DNA of 63,708 nt, filler included, from Octopus bimaculoides (Eukaryota): the NCBI RefSeq assembly GCF_001194135.2. It is 6 parts of 6 records of this genome, joined end to end, with 100 filler letters (N's around TTAATTAATTAA, not from the genome) between each part and the next. Parts side by side here need not be neighbours in the genome. Positions count along the whole stretch, not along the records: positions 1 to 26,551 come from NC_068985.1; 5 more parts are not named here. One strand, given 5' to 3'. How positions within the stretch are numbered: position 1 is the first letter of the stretch; each line of letters begins with the position of its first letter. The translations under genes were made by a program, and so were the position numbers. The notes under the pieces are model-generated. The model was not told the DNA's origin, did not search any database, and saw only the letters and a program-made list of their open reading frames with translations. This document shows, in pieces, positions 11,300 through 22,380 of this stretch.

Positions 11300-11536
11300 T
11301 ATTTTGGAGAAAAAAGTGTTGGCGGCCGTCTCAATACTGGTGCAGAATGTTATCCAAGGGACAGGCAAAGGCCGATACAGTTTGGCACCTGTGACGTCGC
11401 AACTCATTTCTACAGCTGAGTGAACTGGAGGAACGTGAAATAAAGTGTCTTGCTCAAGAACACAATATACAACTCGGTCCGGGAAGAGAACTGTCTACTT
11501 CGTGATTGTGAACCCGATGCTCTAACCACTGAGCCA
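11300..11536 (-). mobile_element. CORE-type SINE with the family C head and CORE block but a different 3' tail
   Basis: Minus strand tggctcagtggttagagc...ttcttgagcaagacactttatttcacgttcctccagttcactcagctgtagaaatgag, followed by a sequence unlike the B/C tail. Confidence 0.75.
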
Positions 11537-13043
11537 TGTATACACACAGGCACACACACATATATGTATATCCATCCCTCCATATGTATATATATATATA
11601 TATATATATNNNNNNNNNNNNNNNNNNNNNNNNNNNNNNNNNNNNNNNNNNNNNNNNNNNNNNNNNNNNNNNNNNNNNNNNNNNNNNNNNNNNNNNNNNN
11701 NNNNNNNNNNNNNNNNNNNNNNNNNNNNNNNNNNNNNNNNNNNNNNNNNNNNNNNNNNNNNNNNNNNNNNNNNNNNNNNNNNNNNNNNNNNNNNNNNNNN
11801 NNNNNNNNNNNNNNNNNNNNNNNNNNNNNNNNNNNNNNNNNNNNNNNNNNNNNNNNNNNNNNNNNNNNNNNNNNNNNNNNNNNNNNNNNNNNNNNNNNNN
11901 NNNNNNNNNNNNNNNNNNNNNNNNNNNNNNNNNNNNNNNNNNNNNNNNNNNNNNNNNNNNNNNNNNNNNNNNNNNNNNNNNNNNNNNNNNNNNNNNNNNN
12001 NNNNNNNNNNNNNNNNNNNNNNNNNNNNNNNNNNNNNNNNNNNNNNNNNNNNNNNNNNNNNNNNNNNNNNNNNNNNNNNNNNNNNNNNNNNNNNNNNNNN
12101 NNNNNNNNNNNNNNNNNNNNNNNNNNNNNNNNNNNNNNNNNTCTAGATGCATGCATATGTATTTATGTGCTAATTTTTTGGGAAGTTTTACATGTATGTA
12201 TGTATGTATGTATGTATGTATGTATGTATGTATGCCTGCATGTATGTATGTATGTTATCAATCAGTTTCATTTCTGTATTTCTTGTCCATAGAGAAAGAG
12301 CCGGACTCTAACATAGATTCAAGGCTCCTTCATTGGAACTTTTATCAACATCATCTAGGTATTTGTGCATATGTGTGTGTGTGTGCAGTATTTGGTGTTA
12401 GTGTATGCGCAGATTTGTATGTTTGTTTTATGGATGCGTTTTTATGTCTAGATGCATGCATATGTATTTATGTGCTAATTTTTTGGGAAGTTTTACATGT
12501 ATGTATGTATGTATGTATGTATGTATGTATGTATGTATCAGTAAGTTCAGCCTTTGTCCCTCGTAATAGAAAGTACGCTAAACAAGTGCAAGCAAAATTT
12601 ATTTTTGGATTAGAAATACTGCCGTTAACGTGCTCCTCTATATTTGGCCTGGCATATTAAAGTACACAGTTAGCAGTCTCGGCTCTATTTGGTTGGCTTC
12701 TCAAACTATTTTTCGAAACAACTAAATATAAGCCCATGACTGAGCTATTTTTGGTACATAGAAACAATTTTGGTTATTTACCTAATAATTTGTTTATTCA
12801 TTTATTATTTTTTTTTTAAACTTTTATGTTTGATTGTGTACAAAATATTCTTCCAGGTTTTGATGATAGAAACGGGGGAACATCAGACAGACTAAAATAT
12901 GTTGCATCATTCATTTAGCTACGCGTCCGTCTAATTCCAACTCCTGTGCGTTATCGACTTTACCTGTTCAGCTGTATATGATCGATAAATTAAGTACCTG
13001 CTAGTTCTGGTATGGTATCGATATAATGAACTATAAGTCTTCT

Positions 13044-13075
<32 letters not shown>

Positions 13076-13139
13076 GTGTGTGTGTGTAAGCAATGTTAAA
13101 TCTCTGAACGAGGTGTGTGTGTGTGTGCGTGTGTGTATT

Positions 13140-13355
13140 TTTGTGTCTGTGTTTGTCCCCAACTGGTGTTGATGTGTTTACGTCCCCGTTAAAATAGCGG
13201 TTCGTTAAAAGAGACCGATAGAATAATTACCAGGTTTAGCAAAAGAAAATTAAGTACTAGAGTCGATTCCTTCGACAGAAAAAAAAAAAAAATTCTTCAA
13301 GGCAATGCTCCAGCATGGTTGCGGTGTGATGACTGAAACAAGTAAAAGATATAAA
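13140..13355 (+). mobile_element. SINE family A, 3' module only (diverged)
   Basis: tgtgtctgtgtttgtcccc...gagaccgatagaataa...gctccagcatgg...gactgaaacaagtaaaag. Confidence 0.8.
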
Positions 13356-13379
13356 AAGATATATACAAGAAAACCTCTT

Positions 13380-13682
13380 TCTGACGTCTTTACGTTCTAA
13401 GTTCAAATTTCGCCGACGTCCACTTTGCCTTTCATTCTTACGGGGTTGATAAAATAAGTAACAGTTGAGCACTGGGGTTGATGTAAACTACTAGCCTCCC
13501 CTCCTCCGAAATTACATGTCTTGTGCCTATAGAAGAAACAATCATTTCGTCTTAACCTGGAGCTTTGGCCGAATCGTTAGAGCATCGGAAGAAAAGGAAT
13601 GGTTTGTGGCGATTGTTTCGGCTTTTTATTTTTTTATTCTGAGCGCAAATCCTTCTGAGGTCAACTGTGCTTTTCATCCCCA
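13380..13682 (+). mobile_element. Two tandem SINE family D fragments
   Basis: gtctttacgttctaagttcaaatttcgccgacgtccactttgcctttc at about 13390-13550 and a second diverged head at about 13560-13682. Confidence 0.7.
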
Positions 13683-14010
13683 TCACGCGTTGCCCGTGCT
13701 TATCCTGTATCTAACATAAGAGTATTACCCTATGTGTCTTAAAAAAGTTAAAAAAACAAAAAAGAGCAGGTTATCATTTGAGGGGGATTTGACACTTATT
13801 TCAAGGAGGATAGGTGTACACATGCTTCAATCAACTTTATCCTAGATTAATATTCAGTCATGTGACCGGAGACTAGGTAGTGTGTTGCGTTTGTGCAACA
13901 TTCCTAGTTACAACTTCTGTGAATTCCATACAGTATTTCCTGCCTTTCCTGCAACTTTATAGGTAAATATAATACATGTATACATTCGCTGCTTAAATGA
14001 ACACTTATCC

Positions 14011-14053
<43 letters not shown>

Positions 14054-14972
14054 GCTTCCGCACCCACCCACACATAAATACATACTTCTTGTATGTACGT
14101 ACACATAGAATCACACTTACATGTAATATTTATATAAGCACATATCCATGTATGCGCCCTTATGTGTGTGTGCACTTGTGTATGTATACATATATACATA
14201 TAAGTATGTATAGGTATATGTGTATATATATANNNNNNNNNNNNNNNNNNNNNNNNNNNNNNNNNNNNNNNNNNNNNNNNNNNNNNNNNNNNNNNNNNNN
14301 NNNNNNNNNNNNNNNNNNNNNNNNNNNNNNNNNNNNNNNNNNNNNNNNNNNNNNNNNNNNNNNNNNNNNNNNNNNNNNNNNNNNNNNNNNNNNNNNNNNN
14401 NNNNNNNNNNNNNNNNNNNNNNNNNNNNNNNNNNNNNNNNNNNNNNNNNNNNNNNNNNNNNNNNNNNNNNNNNNNNNNNNNNNNNNNNNNNNNNNNNNNN
14501 NNNNNNNNNNNNNNNNNNNNNNNNNNNNNNNNNNNNNNNNNNNNNNNNNNNNNNNNNNNNNNNNNNNNNNNNNNNNNNNNNNNNNNNNNNNNNNNNNNNN
14601 NNNNNNNNNNNNNNNNNNNNNNNNNNNNNNNNNNNNNNNNNNNNNNNNNNNNNNNNNNNNNNNNNNNNNNNNNNNNNNNNNNNNNNNNNNNNNNNNNNNN
14701 NNNNNNNNNNNNNNNNNNNNNNNNNNNNNNNNNNNNNNNNNNNNNNNNNNNNNNNNNNNNNNNNNNNNNNNNNNNNNNNNNNNNNNNNNNNNNNNNNNNN
14801 NNNNNNNNNNNNNNNNNNNNNNNNNNNNNNNNNNNNNNNNNNNNNNNNNNNNNNNNNNNNNNNNNNNNNNNNNNNNNNNNNNNNNNNNNNNNNNNNNNNN
14901 NNNNNNNNNNNNNNNNNNNNNNNNNNNNNNNNNNNNNNNNNNNNNNNNNNNNNNNNNNNNNNNNNNNNNNNC

Positions 14973-15141
14973 CCATGTAAAATAACACAAAATCCGTTCG
15001 ATTCACTTCAACATTTAAAATTAATTTGTCAAAATATTTTCGTCGCTTTGAGACCGCGACCTGTTCACTGACAAAATTCTGTGCAGCACAGATTTAAATG
15101 TTGAAGTGAATCTAACGGATTTTGTGTGTTATTTTAAATGG
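14973..15141. mobile_element. Palindromic MITE / fold-back element with a partly deleted right arm
   Basis: ~47-bp terminal inverted repeat (14973-15019 vs 15093-15141; core aaaatccgtt(c/a)gattcacttcaacatttaaa, one mismatch) and a central perfect hairpin tctgtgc-a-gcacaga (15078-15092). Confidence 0.75.
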
Positions 15142-15226
15142 CTTATAAACACCTTCCACGCTGCAATTGTTTTCGTTCCAGCACTCGATCTCAGATCAGG
15201 TCACTTGCTAGGCAAGTACATCTCCG

Positions 15227-15262
<36 letters not shown>

Positions 15263-16962
15263 CAATCAACGCATATTTCGTATCGCTAAAATATCCAGGA
15301 CTAAGTATTATATCAGCCAGAGAGGGATTAGTCAGTGATATTATTATAACTCAATAGTCAAAGTACTATAAGCTAGAGACTAGTCAACATTACTATTCAA
15401 TGGTCACAACACTGTTGGTTAGTCATCAATCAGCATCTTTATATGCCGGTTACAACATTGACGATTTTGACTCGTGGAACACAGCCATAATCTGTGTCTA
15501 ACTTATTAGAAACTGTAACAGAACTGTCACAATATATTTGGTACATCATATACATAAAGTACATACTACAGATAGTATATTACAGTGTTATAGTTCAAGC
15601 CTTGAACTATACATATGATATATCAGAATGCTATGTTTAATTTCGGTACGTAGGATACATTGCTGTGCTATAGCTTAGTAACAGTACATACATCACAACA
15701 TCCTATATGCGATGGCTACATATTTTTTGGCCACATCGTAATTTCTGAACACTGTTGTCGGCTGTTACAGGTTTCTATTTGGCAAAACAGCGCTTCATTA
15801 ATTTCTGACGATGTGTGTGACAAGTGAACAGCAAAATCGATGCGGAATAAATATCACAAGAGGGACTTCCCTTGTAAATAACGGCGTTTTCATTTATTTT
15901 TCAGTATAACCTTCCTGTGAATGTGTGTATGCGTCGTGAGTACGTGCATGTATATGTGTGCGCGCGCCCGCGCGTGCGTGTGCATATGTATATATTTACA
16001 TACATACATACAAACGTACATACACACATACATGCACATATTTATATATGTATGTGTGTGTGTATATATATATATGTATGAATAGATATATATATATACA
16101 TGTATATATATGCACACACACACATATATATATACATATATATATATGATATGTATATATTTAGATATATATATTTATATAAGTGTGTATGATATATATG
16201 TATATATATGTATGTGTGTGTGTATATATATATATGTATGAATAGATATATATATATACATGTATATATATGCACACACACACATATATATATACATATA
16301 TATATATGATATGTATATATTTAGATATATATATTTATATNNNNNNNNNNNNNNNNNNNNNNNNNNNNNNNNNNNNNNNNNNNNNNNNNNNNNNNNNNNN
16401 NNNNNATATATATAATATTTTCCTAACTATAATTAATTAACAGTTTTTGCAACCAATATTCTAAAATTATCTATTTCTATTTTCATGTATCCACAATGGA
16501 AGTCTAGATACCTTTTTTATGTTCATACACTTCTCCAAATTGCACTGCCTTCTGTTGGGTTTGCTTTACGCACAATATTCTCTACGGAAACAAAACCACT
16601 CTGCAACACAAGAAATTACTCTCTGTAATAACTGGTACATTACACATAGATATATTGTTATGATGATACCATCTTTTATGAGGCAGTATTTTCTTATAGC
16701 CACCATTTCTAAAAATTCATTCTACGTAAAATGTCAAACTTCTCGGAAATGTTTCGATAACCAAGCAGTTTTTAATACACTTAGTCATATATTTTACTAA
16801 TCATATTTGTAGTTATTGCTATATAAAGATTTACATGTTATGTATTTATGTCATTGTATGTTCCAGTGTGTTTAAAATTTTCTCTGACAGATTATCAAAA
16901 ATCCCGGTAATTTGAAGTGATTTTGATCACTGGAAATAGTTGACTGTACCACTCAGTAATAG

Positions 16963-18120
16963 TGGTTTCAAATTTTGGCACAAGGCCAGCTATTTCGAGG
17001 AGGGGAGTAAGTTGATTATAATGACTCTCCTTGCCCAACTGGTAGTTATTTTATCAACCCCGAAAGGATGAAAAGCAAAGTCGACCTCAGCGGCATTTGA
17101 TCTTAGAGCATAACGATAGAAGAAATGCTGGTAAGCATTTTTTTCTGGTTCGTTAACAATTCTTCCAGTTCGCCACCTTATACCACCAAATAATATCGGT
17201 TTCACATTTTGGCACAAGGCCAGCAATTTAGGATAGAGGGTAAGTCGATTACATTGACCCCAGTGCGACCCCGAAAGAATGAAAGGCAAAAAGAGTCGAC
17301 TGCAGGACGTAAAGCCGGACGAAATGCTGCTAAGCGTTACGATTCTCCCAGCTCGCTGACTTTAATTTACATAGAATATTACGGTACAAATATGGCAGCT
17401 ATTTTTAGAGAGACTTCCTTTACATTAATTCTTTATTGTCTCACAATTTTAAAACTTAAACTAATATTTAAATAAATAAGATAGACCCATTAAACTAAAA
17501 TAGCGCAACGCTAACTTTGTAATACCGCATTTCAGCAGCTTTTGATAATTGTCTCATATTTTGGCTAGAGGTCGGAGGGTGCTAGTCGATTACTTCGACC
17601 CTAGAGCTCAACTAGTTCTTATTTTATCGACTTTGACAGCGAAATCTGAACTCAAAATGAAGGGGTGGACGAAATATCACTCAGCATTTTATCCGACGCT
17701 TTTCTTTTTATCATTTTTTTTTTCTTTAACAATTCTTTAAACTGTAGGCACAAGGCCTGAAATTTTGTGGAAGGAAGCTAGTCCAGTGCTCGACTGATAC
17801 TCATTTGGACCAGTAAAGTATAAAAGGCAAAGTCGACCACGATTCAGAACGTAACTCATTCTACTCGCGCAAACAATTCTGTCAGTTCACCAGTTTTGAA
17901 AAGTATTTAATGATCCCTTTTGCTATAGCTACCAGGCCTAAAATATTGAGGGAGGAGGTAAGTCGATTACATCGATCCCTAGTATTTGATTGGTACTTCT
18001 ATTATCGACCCCGAAATTATGAAAGGCAAAGTCGAATTCGGTGGAATTTGAACTTAGATCGTGAAGACGGATAAGACTCCGTGAAGCATTTTGCCCGGCA
18101 TGCTAACAGTTCTGCCAGAA
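16963..18120 (-). mobile_element. Cluster of five head-to-tail SINE family D copies
   Basis: Copies at about 16963-17180, 17198-17362, 17545-17700, 17745-17892 and 17925-18120, each beginning on + with a variant of ttttggcacaaggcc and all in the same orientation. Confidence 0.85.
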
Positions 18121-18984
18121 GAGCATTTAATAATAACATCAATTACTCACAAAAACGTAATTCTTTTTAAATTTAAAGATTTTGGTTCAAAATAGGAAAT
18201 ACTAGAATAATTCCTGAAACTACATGCATATTAAACTTCTTCATTAAACACACACACACACACACACATATACATACAATTTTCACTTAGCTTTCGTCTC
18301 TATATATTATGGTACCTCATTGTTTTACTATAACGATTAACCATATATTATACAAAATTCCATTCTAGCCAGCTCTGTTGGTTCCTCATTTTTATTCCCG
18401 AAATATGATCGTGCTCCACCCTTCACAGCAATCTGTCTGTATATGAGAAATATGTACTGTTCGTCAAAGTTTGAAAAGCTGTGCTAGGCAAAACTTCGAA
18501 GTCACTGTCATCACTTAAAATACATTTCACACATAATGTAGTTGATGCATACATAAGCATATGTGCATATATAACGTTTCAAATTAATGATTACTACACA
18601 AGTAATCGATATCAAAATATCTAATTAGTTGAATAACTAATTGATAAATAAATAAATAAATAAGTAAATTTATAAGTAAAAAAATAATATGTTGAAATAT
18701 GTTGAAAACTAAACTAAACAATCGACCAATGAATTAGTCTAAGCAGATAAGAGAGGAAAAGAAAACATTGAAAAATAAATAAACAGAAAACAAAAAGAAA
18801 GCAATTTATTGATCAACAATACTCTCCAATAATGAATTATACAACAAACCTATCGATCACGTATCTAATTAATGGAATGAGAAACTAGCAAGACTAAGCA
18901 ACCAATTAAACTACTTTCTGACCCTATAATAACAGAAGCAACAACAAAATCGGCATCAACGAAATGAATAGCAACAATTCAATT

Positions 18985-18987
18985 ATA

Positions 18988-19066
<79 letters not shown>
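18985..19066. repeat. (AAT)n microsatellite
   Basis: Direct reading; source of the poly-N ORF. Confidence 0.95.
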
Positions 19067-19067
<1 letters not shown>

Positions 19068-19207
19068 TAACGTTTTCGGCATCAACACCATGATTTATAA
19101 TCCAGCCTCATTGGAATATCTATTGGGAGAATCCAAGGGGACAGTAATTTCTGGTCATAAATTCCTGTTGTGTTGATTACCTTTAAGTTGTCTGACAATA
19201 ATGATAA

Positions 19208-19419
19208 TATGGTTTACAATTTTGGTACAAGGCTAGTAATTTCGGGTCAGTGGGTAAGTCGATTACATCGATCTCAGTGCTCAACTGGTACTTATTTTAT
19301 CGACCCCGAATTAATGAATTAATGAAATGCAAATCTGCCTCGACTGAATGTGAACTCAGAATATAAAGAAGGATAAATTGGCCGCTAAGCATTTTACCCG
19401 GCGTTAACGATTCTGTCTC

Positions 19420-19420
<1 letters not shown>
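19208..19420 (-). mobile_element. SINE family D
   Basis: Full D homology; 5' end abuts (TAA)n at 19421-19466. Confidence 0.85.
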
Positions 19421-19467
<47 letters not shown>

Positions 19468-19678
19468 GTTTTAAATTTTGGCACAAGGCCAGCAATTTCG
19501 GGGAAAGGGTAAGTCGATAACATTGACTCCAGTGCTCAACTGGTACTTATTTTATCAACCCCGAAAGGATGAAAAGCAGATTCGACCTTTGCGGAATTTG
19601 AACTTACAATGTAAACACGGACGAAACGCCGTGAAGCATTTTGCCCGGCGTGTTAACGATTCTACCAGCTCACTGCCC

Positions 19679-19680
<2 letters not shown>
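19468..19680 (-). mobile_element. SINE family D flanked on both sides by (TAA)n
   Basis: Full D homology; (TAA)n at 19421-19466 and 19680-19745. Confidence 0.88.
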
Positions 19681-19743
<63 letters not shown>

Positions 19744-19749
19744 TATAAT

Positions 19750-19970
19750 AAAAAAATATTCAGACAAATACATAACAAAAACACCAGGACTTACAAATAT
19801 ACATAACATACAGAAAATTGCACTACTGGGCACTGCGCACATCCTACGCAAAACACTTTCAATACAGTAACCATAAGAGCATCACAGCAAACCACAGCAC
19901 ATACCCAAGGCGCACAGAGCTGCGCTCGGTAGTGAAGTGAAAGCACGTTATAAAAATAAAACTACTGAAC
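19750..19970 (+). mobile_element. 3' end of an R4/Dong-like (RLE-type) non-LTR retrotransposon
   Basis: Translates KKYSDKYITKTPGLTNIHNIQKIALLGTAHILRKTLSIQ* (stop 19868-19870), the QK-x-ALLGTA-x-ILRK-x-L C-terminus typical of RLE-bearing LINEs. 100-nt 3' UTR; (TAA)n on both sides. Confidence 0.75.
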
Positions 19971-19990
19971 AATAATAATAATAATAATTT

Positions 19991-20390
19991 GAATTTGAAT
20001 TCGACAAGATCAGTAAATATAAAGACTTGCTAATAGAAATTTAAAAATGTGCCATCTCAAGGCGATTACCGTACCAGTGATTGTAGGATCTCTAGGAATG
20101 ATGAAAAAAAGGTACTGAAACCTATTTGAAAATGATACAAGGCTTACCATCCCTACAGAAAGTGCAAAAAATCGTGTTAACTGGAACGACTCATGTACTG
20201 AGAAGAGCATTATCGCTGTGAAAACAACATCCATTCATATATTTATTTATTTATTAATTGTTTTAAATATATATTTTACCTGTGAATTTGGTTGTGTAAA
20301 CTGGAAATGCATACCATGAGCTTCTCTGCCCTAGGTGTACGGAAAACACTCGGCGAGAAATGGAACAAAATTTTAAGAAGAAAAAAACAC
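19991..20390 (+). mobile_element. 3' end of a second, different R4/Dong-like LINE (frameshifted)
   Basis: EFDKISKYKDLLIEI/KMCHLKAITVPVIVGSLGMMKK/GTETYLKMIQGLPSLQKVQKIVLTGTTHVLRRALSL* (stop 20219-20221), including the K-x-x-KY-x-DL motif of RLE domains. Probable 3' UTR ends at (AAT)n 20391-20405. Confidence 0.8.
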
Positions 20391-20794
20391 AATAATAATA
20401 ATAATGTAGACTACATAGAGAAATGGAGGGTTGTTCTCCCCACTAATTTCCTCTTCATGGATGGTTTAATATTTTATGGTGTGAATGATCCCAAGTTTGT
20501 GAGTCTTTTCTGTTGTCCAGCAGTTTAGCAAGGACATTAGGATGTCATTTGGACTGGAGAAATATAAGACTATAACAATAAAATGAGAGAGTTTGATAAA
20601 TCGAGCTGATAATTTGGAAATGATTGTATGCAGAAGCAATACTCTTTTCCGTACTTGAGAATGGAAGGTGATAAAACTGTGAAAGCTATGCGAACAAAGA
20701 TGAAACATGACTAATTTGATGAAGAAAGCAGTTTTAAAATTCCTTTCAATAGCAATAACATTATTTGTGTTGTTAACCCATTAGTTGTGCCAAC

Positions 20795-21146
20795 CGGAGT
20801 GGAGGCGCAATGGCCCAGTGGTTAGGGCAGCAGACTCGCGGTCATAGGATTCCCAGACCGGGTGTTGTGAATGTTTATTGAGCGGAAACATCTAAAGCTC
20901 TACGAGGCTCCGGCAGAGGATGGTGGCGAACCCTGCAGTACTCTTTCACCACAACTTTCTCTCACTCTTACTTCCTGTTTCTGTTGTGTCTGTAATTCAA
21001 AGGGTCAGCCTTGTCACACTGTGTCACGCTGAATATCCCCGAGATCTACGTTAAGGGTACACGTGTCTGTGGAGTGCTCAGCTACTTGCACGTTAATTTC
21101 ACGATCGGATCAACTTGAACCGATCGGAGTGCCAACAACAACAACA
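20795..21146 (+). mobile_element. SINE family B with small internal deletions
   Basis: Homologous to 3617-4011; 9-bp TSD tgtgccaac at 20786-20794 and 21147-21155. Confidence 0.9.
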
Positions 21147-21696
21147 TGTGCCAACTGTAAAACAGATCCCCCTAGTATTGGACTGGCGGATGAAATCTGA
21201 AATTCCGTGTCCTGTAATTCTAGAAATCTACTGCATTACGGAATAAGTCTAACACGTAACGGTGGTACATAACCAGAAGCGAAGGTAGTTGGTGGTTATT
21301 AAGCGCCAAGAAGCAGGATGAGGCGGCAGTCATTAATGTTTTCAACTATCTTTTCACTGACAAATAGACCTGCTACGTACGTTTGTAGGATATGAGCTAC
21401 AAAAAGTATCAAATCGATTATATCTGCAGTAACAATATTATCGTAAGAACTTGGATAATTATTACGAATAAATAAAGTCTAAACAGAATAGAGAAGCCAG
21501 AAAAAAGTACATATGTCAACTGTGGTTAATTACCACAAAACACGCATACCTATGGCTATTACTTCTAGTAAATGGATTTATAAAAATGAAAAATCCTATC
21601 ACTGGCCTTGAGGAAAAATTCTAGCCGGAATGGAGCGTCAGAAGTTACAAGAGGTGCGATACAGTACGCACTAGGCCTCATTACGAGATATATTGA

Positions 21697-21880
21697 TTTC
21701 AAAATTTGGCACAATGCCAGCAATTTCGGGGAAAAGAGTAAATCAATTAGATTGACCCCAGGGTTTAACTGGAACTTGTTTTATCGACTCCTAAAGGATG
21801 AAAGACAAAGTTGACCTCGGCGGAATTTGAGCTCAGAACGTGCCCGGCGTATTAACGATTTCTGCCAGCTCGCTGCCTTC
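21697..21880 (-). mobile_element. SINE family D
   Basis: aaatttggcacaatgccagcaatttcgggg...gatgaaagacaaagttgacctcggcgg. Confidence 0.85.
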
Positions 21881-22143
21881 ATTATGAGTTGTAATCAAAC
21901 GAATATCAACATCTCTAAAATACAGATCACAAATGTCACGTGTGTTGTATTTGCAGAAACAACGCTACATTTTATCACGATGTCTGGCTCCAACTAGTTA
22001 GAGGCACAATAACGTACTTCTAGCTAACTAATTTCAACTATTTTATTTGCATATATAAATTTTAATATGTCTTCGAAAATGACATTAAAATTACAATGTA
22101 ACTTTAGCATACAAACAGATTACCAGACAGAACATTAGTTAAA

Positions 22144-22380
22144 TAAGGCGGTGAACTGACAGAAACTTTAGCACGCCGGACGAAATGCTTAGCGGTATTT
22201 CGTCTGTCTTTACGTTTTGAGTTCAAATTCCGCCGAGGTCGACTTTGCCTTTAATCCTTTCGAGGTGGATAAATTAAGTACCAGTTACGCACTGGGGTCG
22301 ATGTGATCGACTTAATCCTTTTGTTTGTCCTCGTTTGTCCTCTCTGTGTCTAGCCCCCTGTGGGCAGTAAAGAAAGAAGA
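22144..22380 (+). mobile_element. SINE family D head and centre with an alternative tail
   Basis: taaggcggtgaactgacagaa...gagttcaaattccgccgaggtcgactttgcc...ggggtcgatgtgatcgact, then a tail different from the other D copies. Confidence 0.85.

Noticed and set aside
16044-16340. ~137-bp duplication with period 160 (and 12142-12230 vs 12448-12540)
   Set aside because: Low-complexity and directly abutting gaps; cannot be told apart from misassembly.
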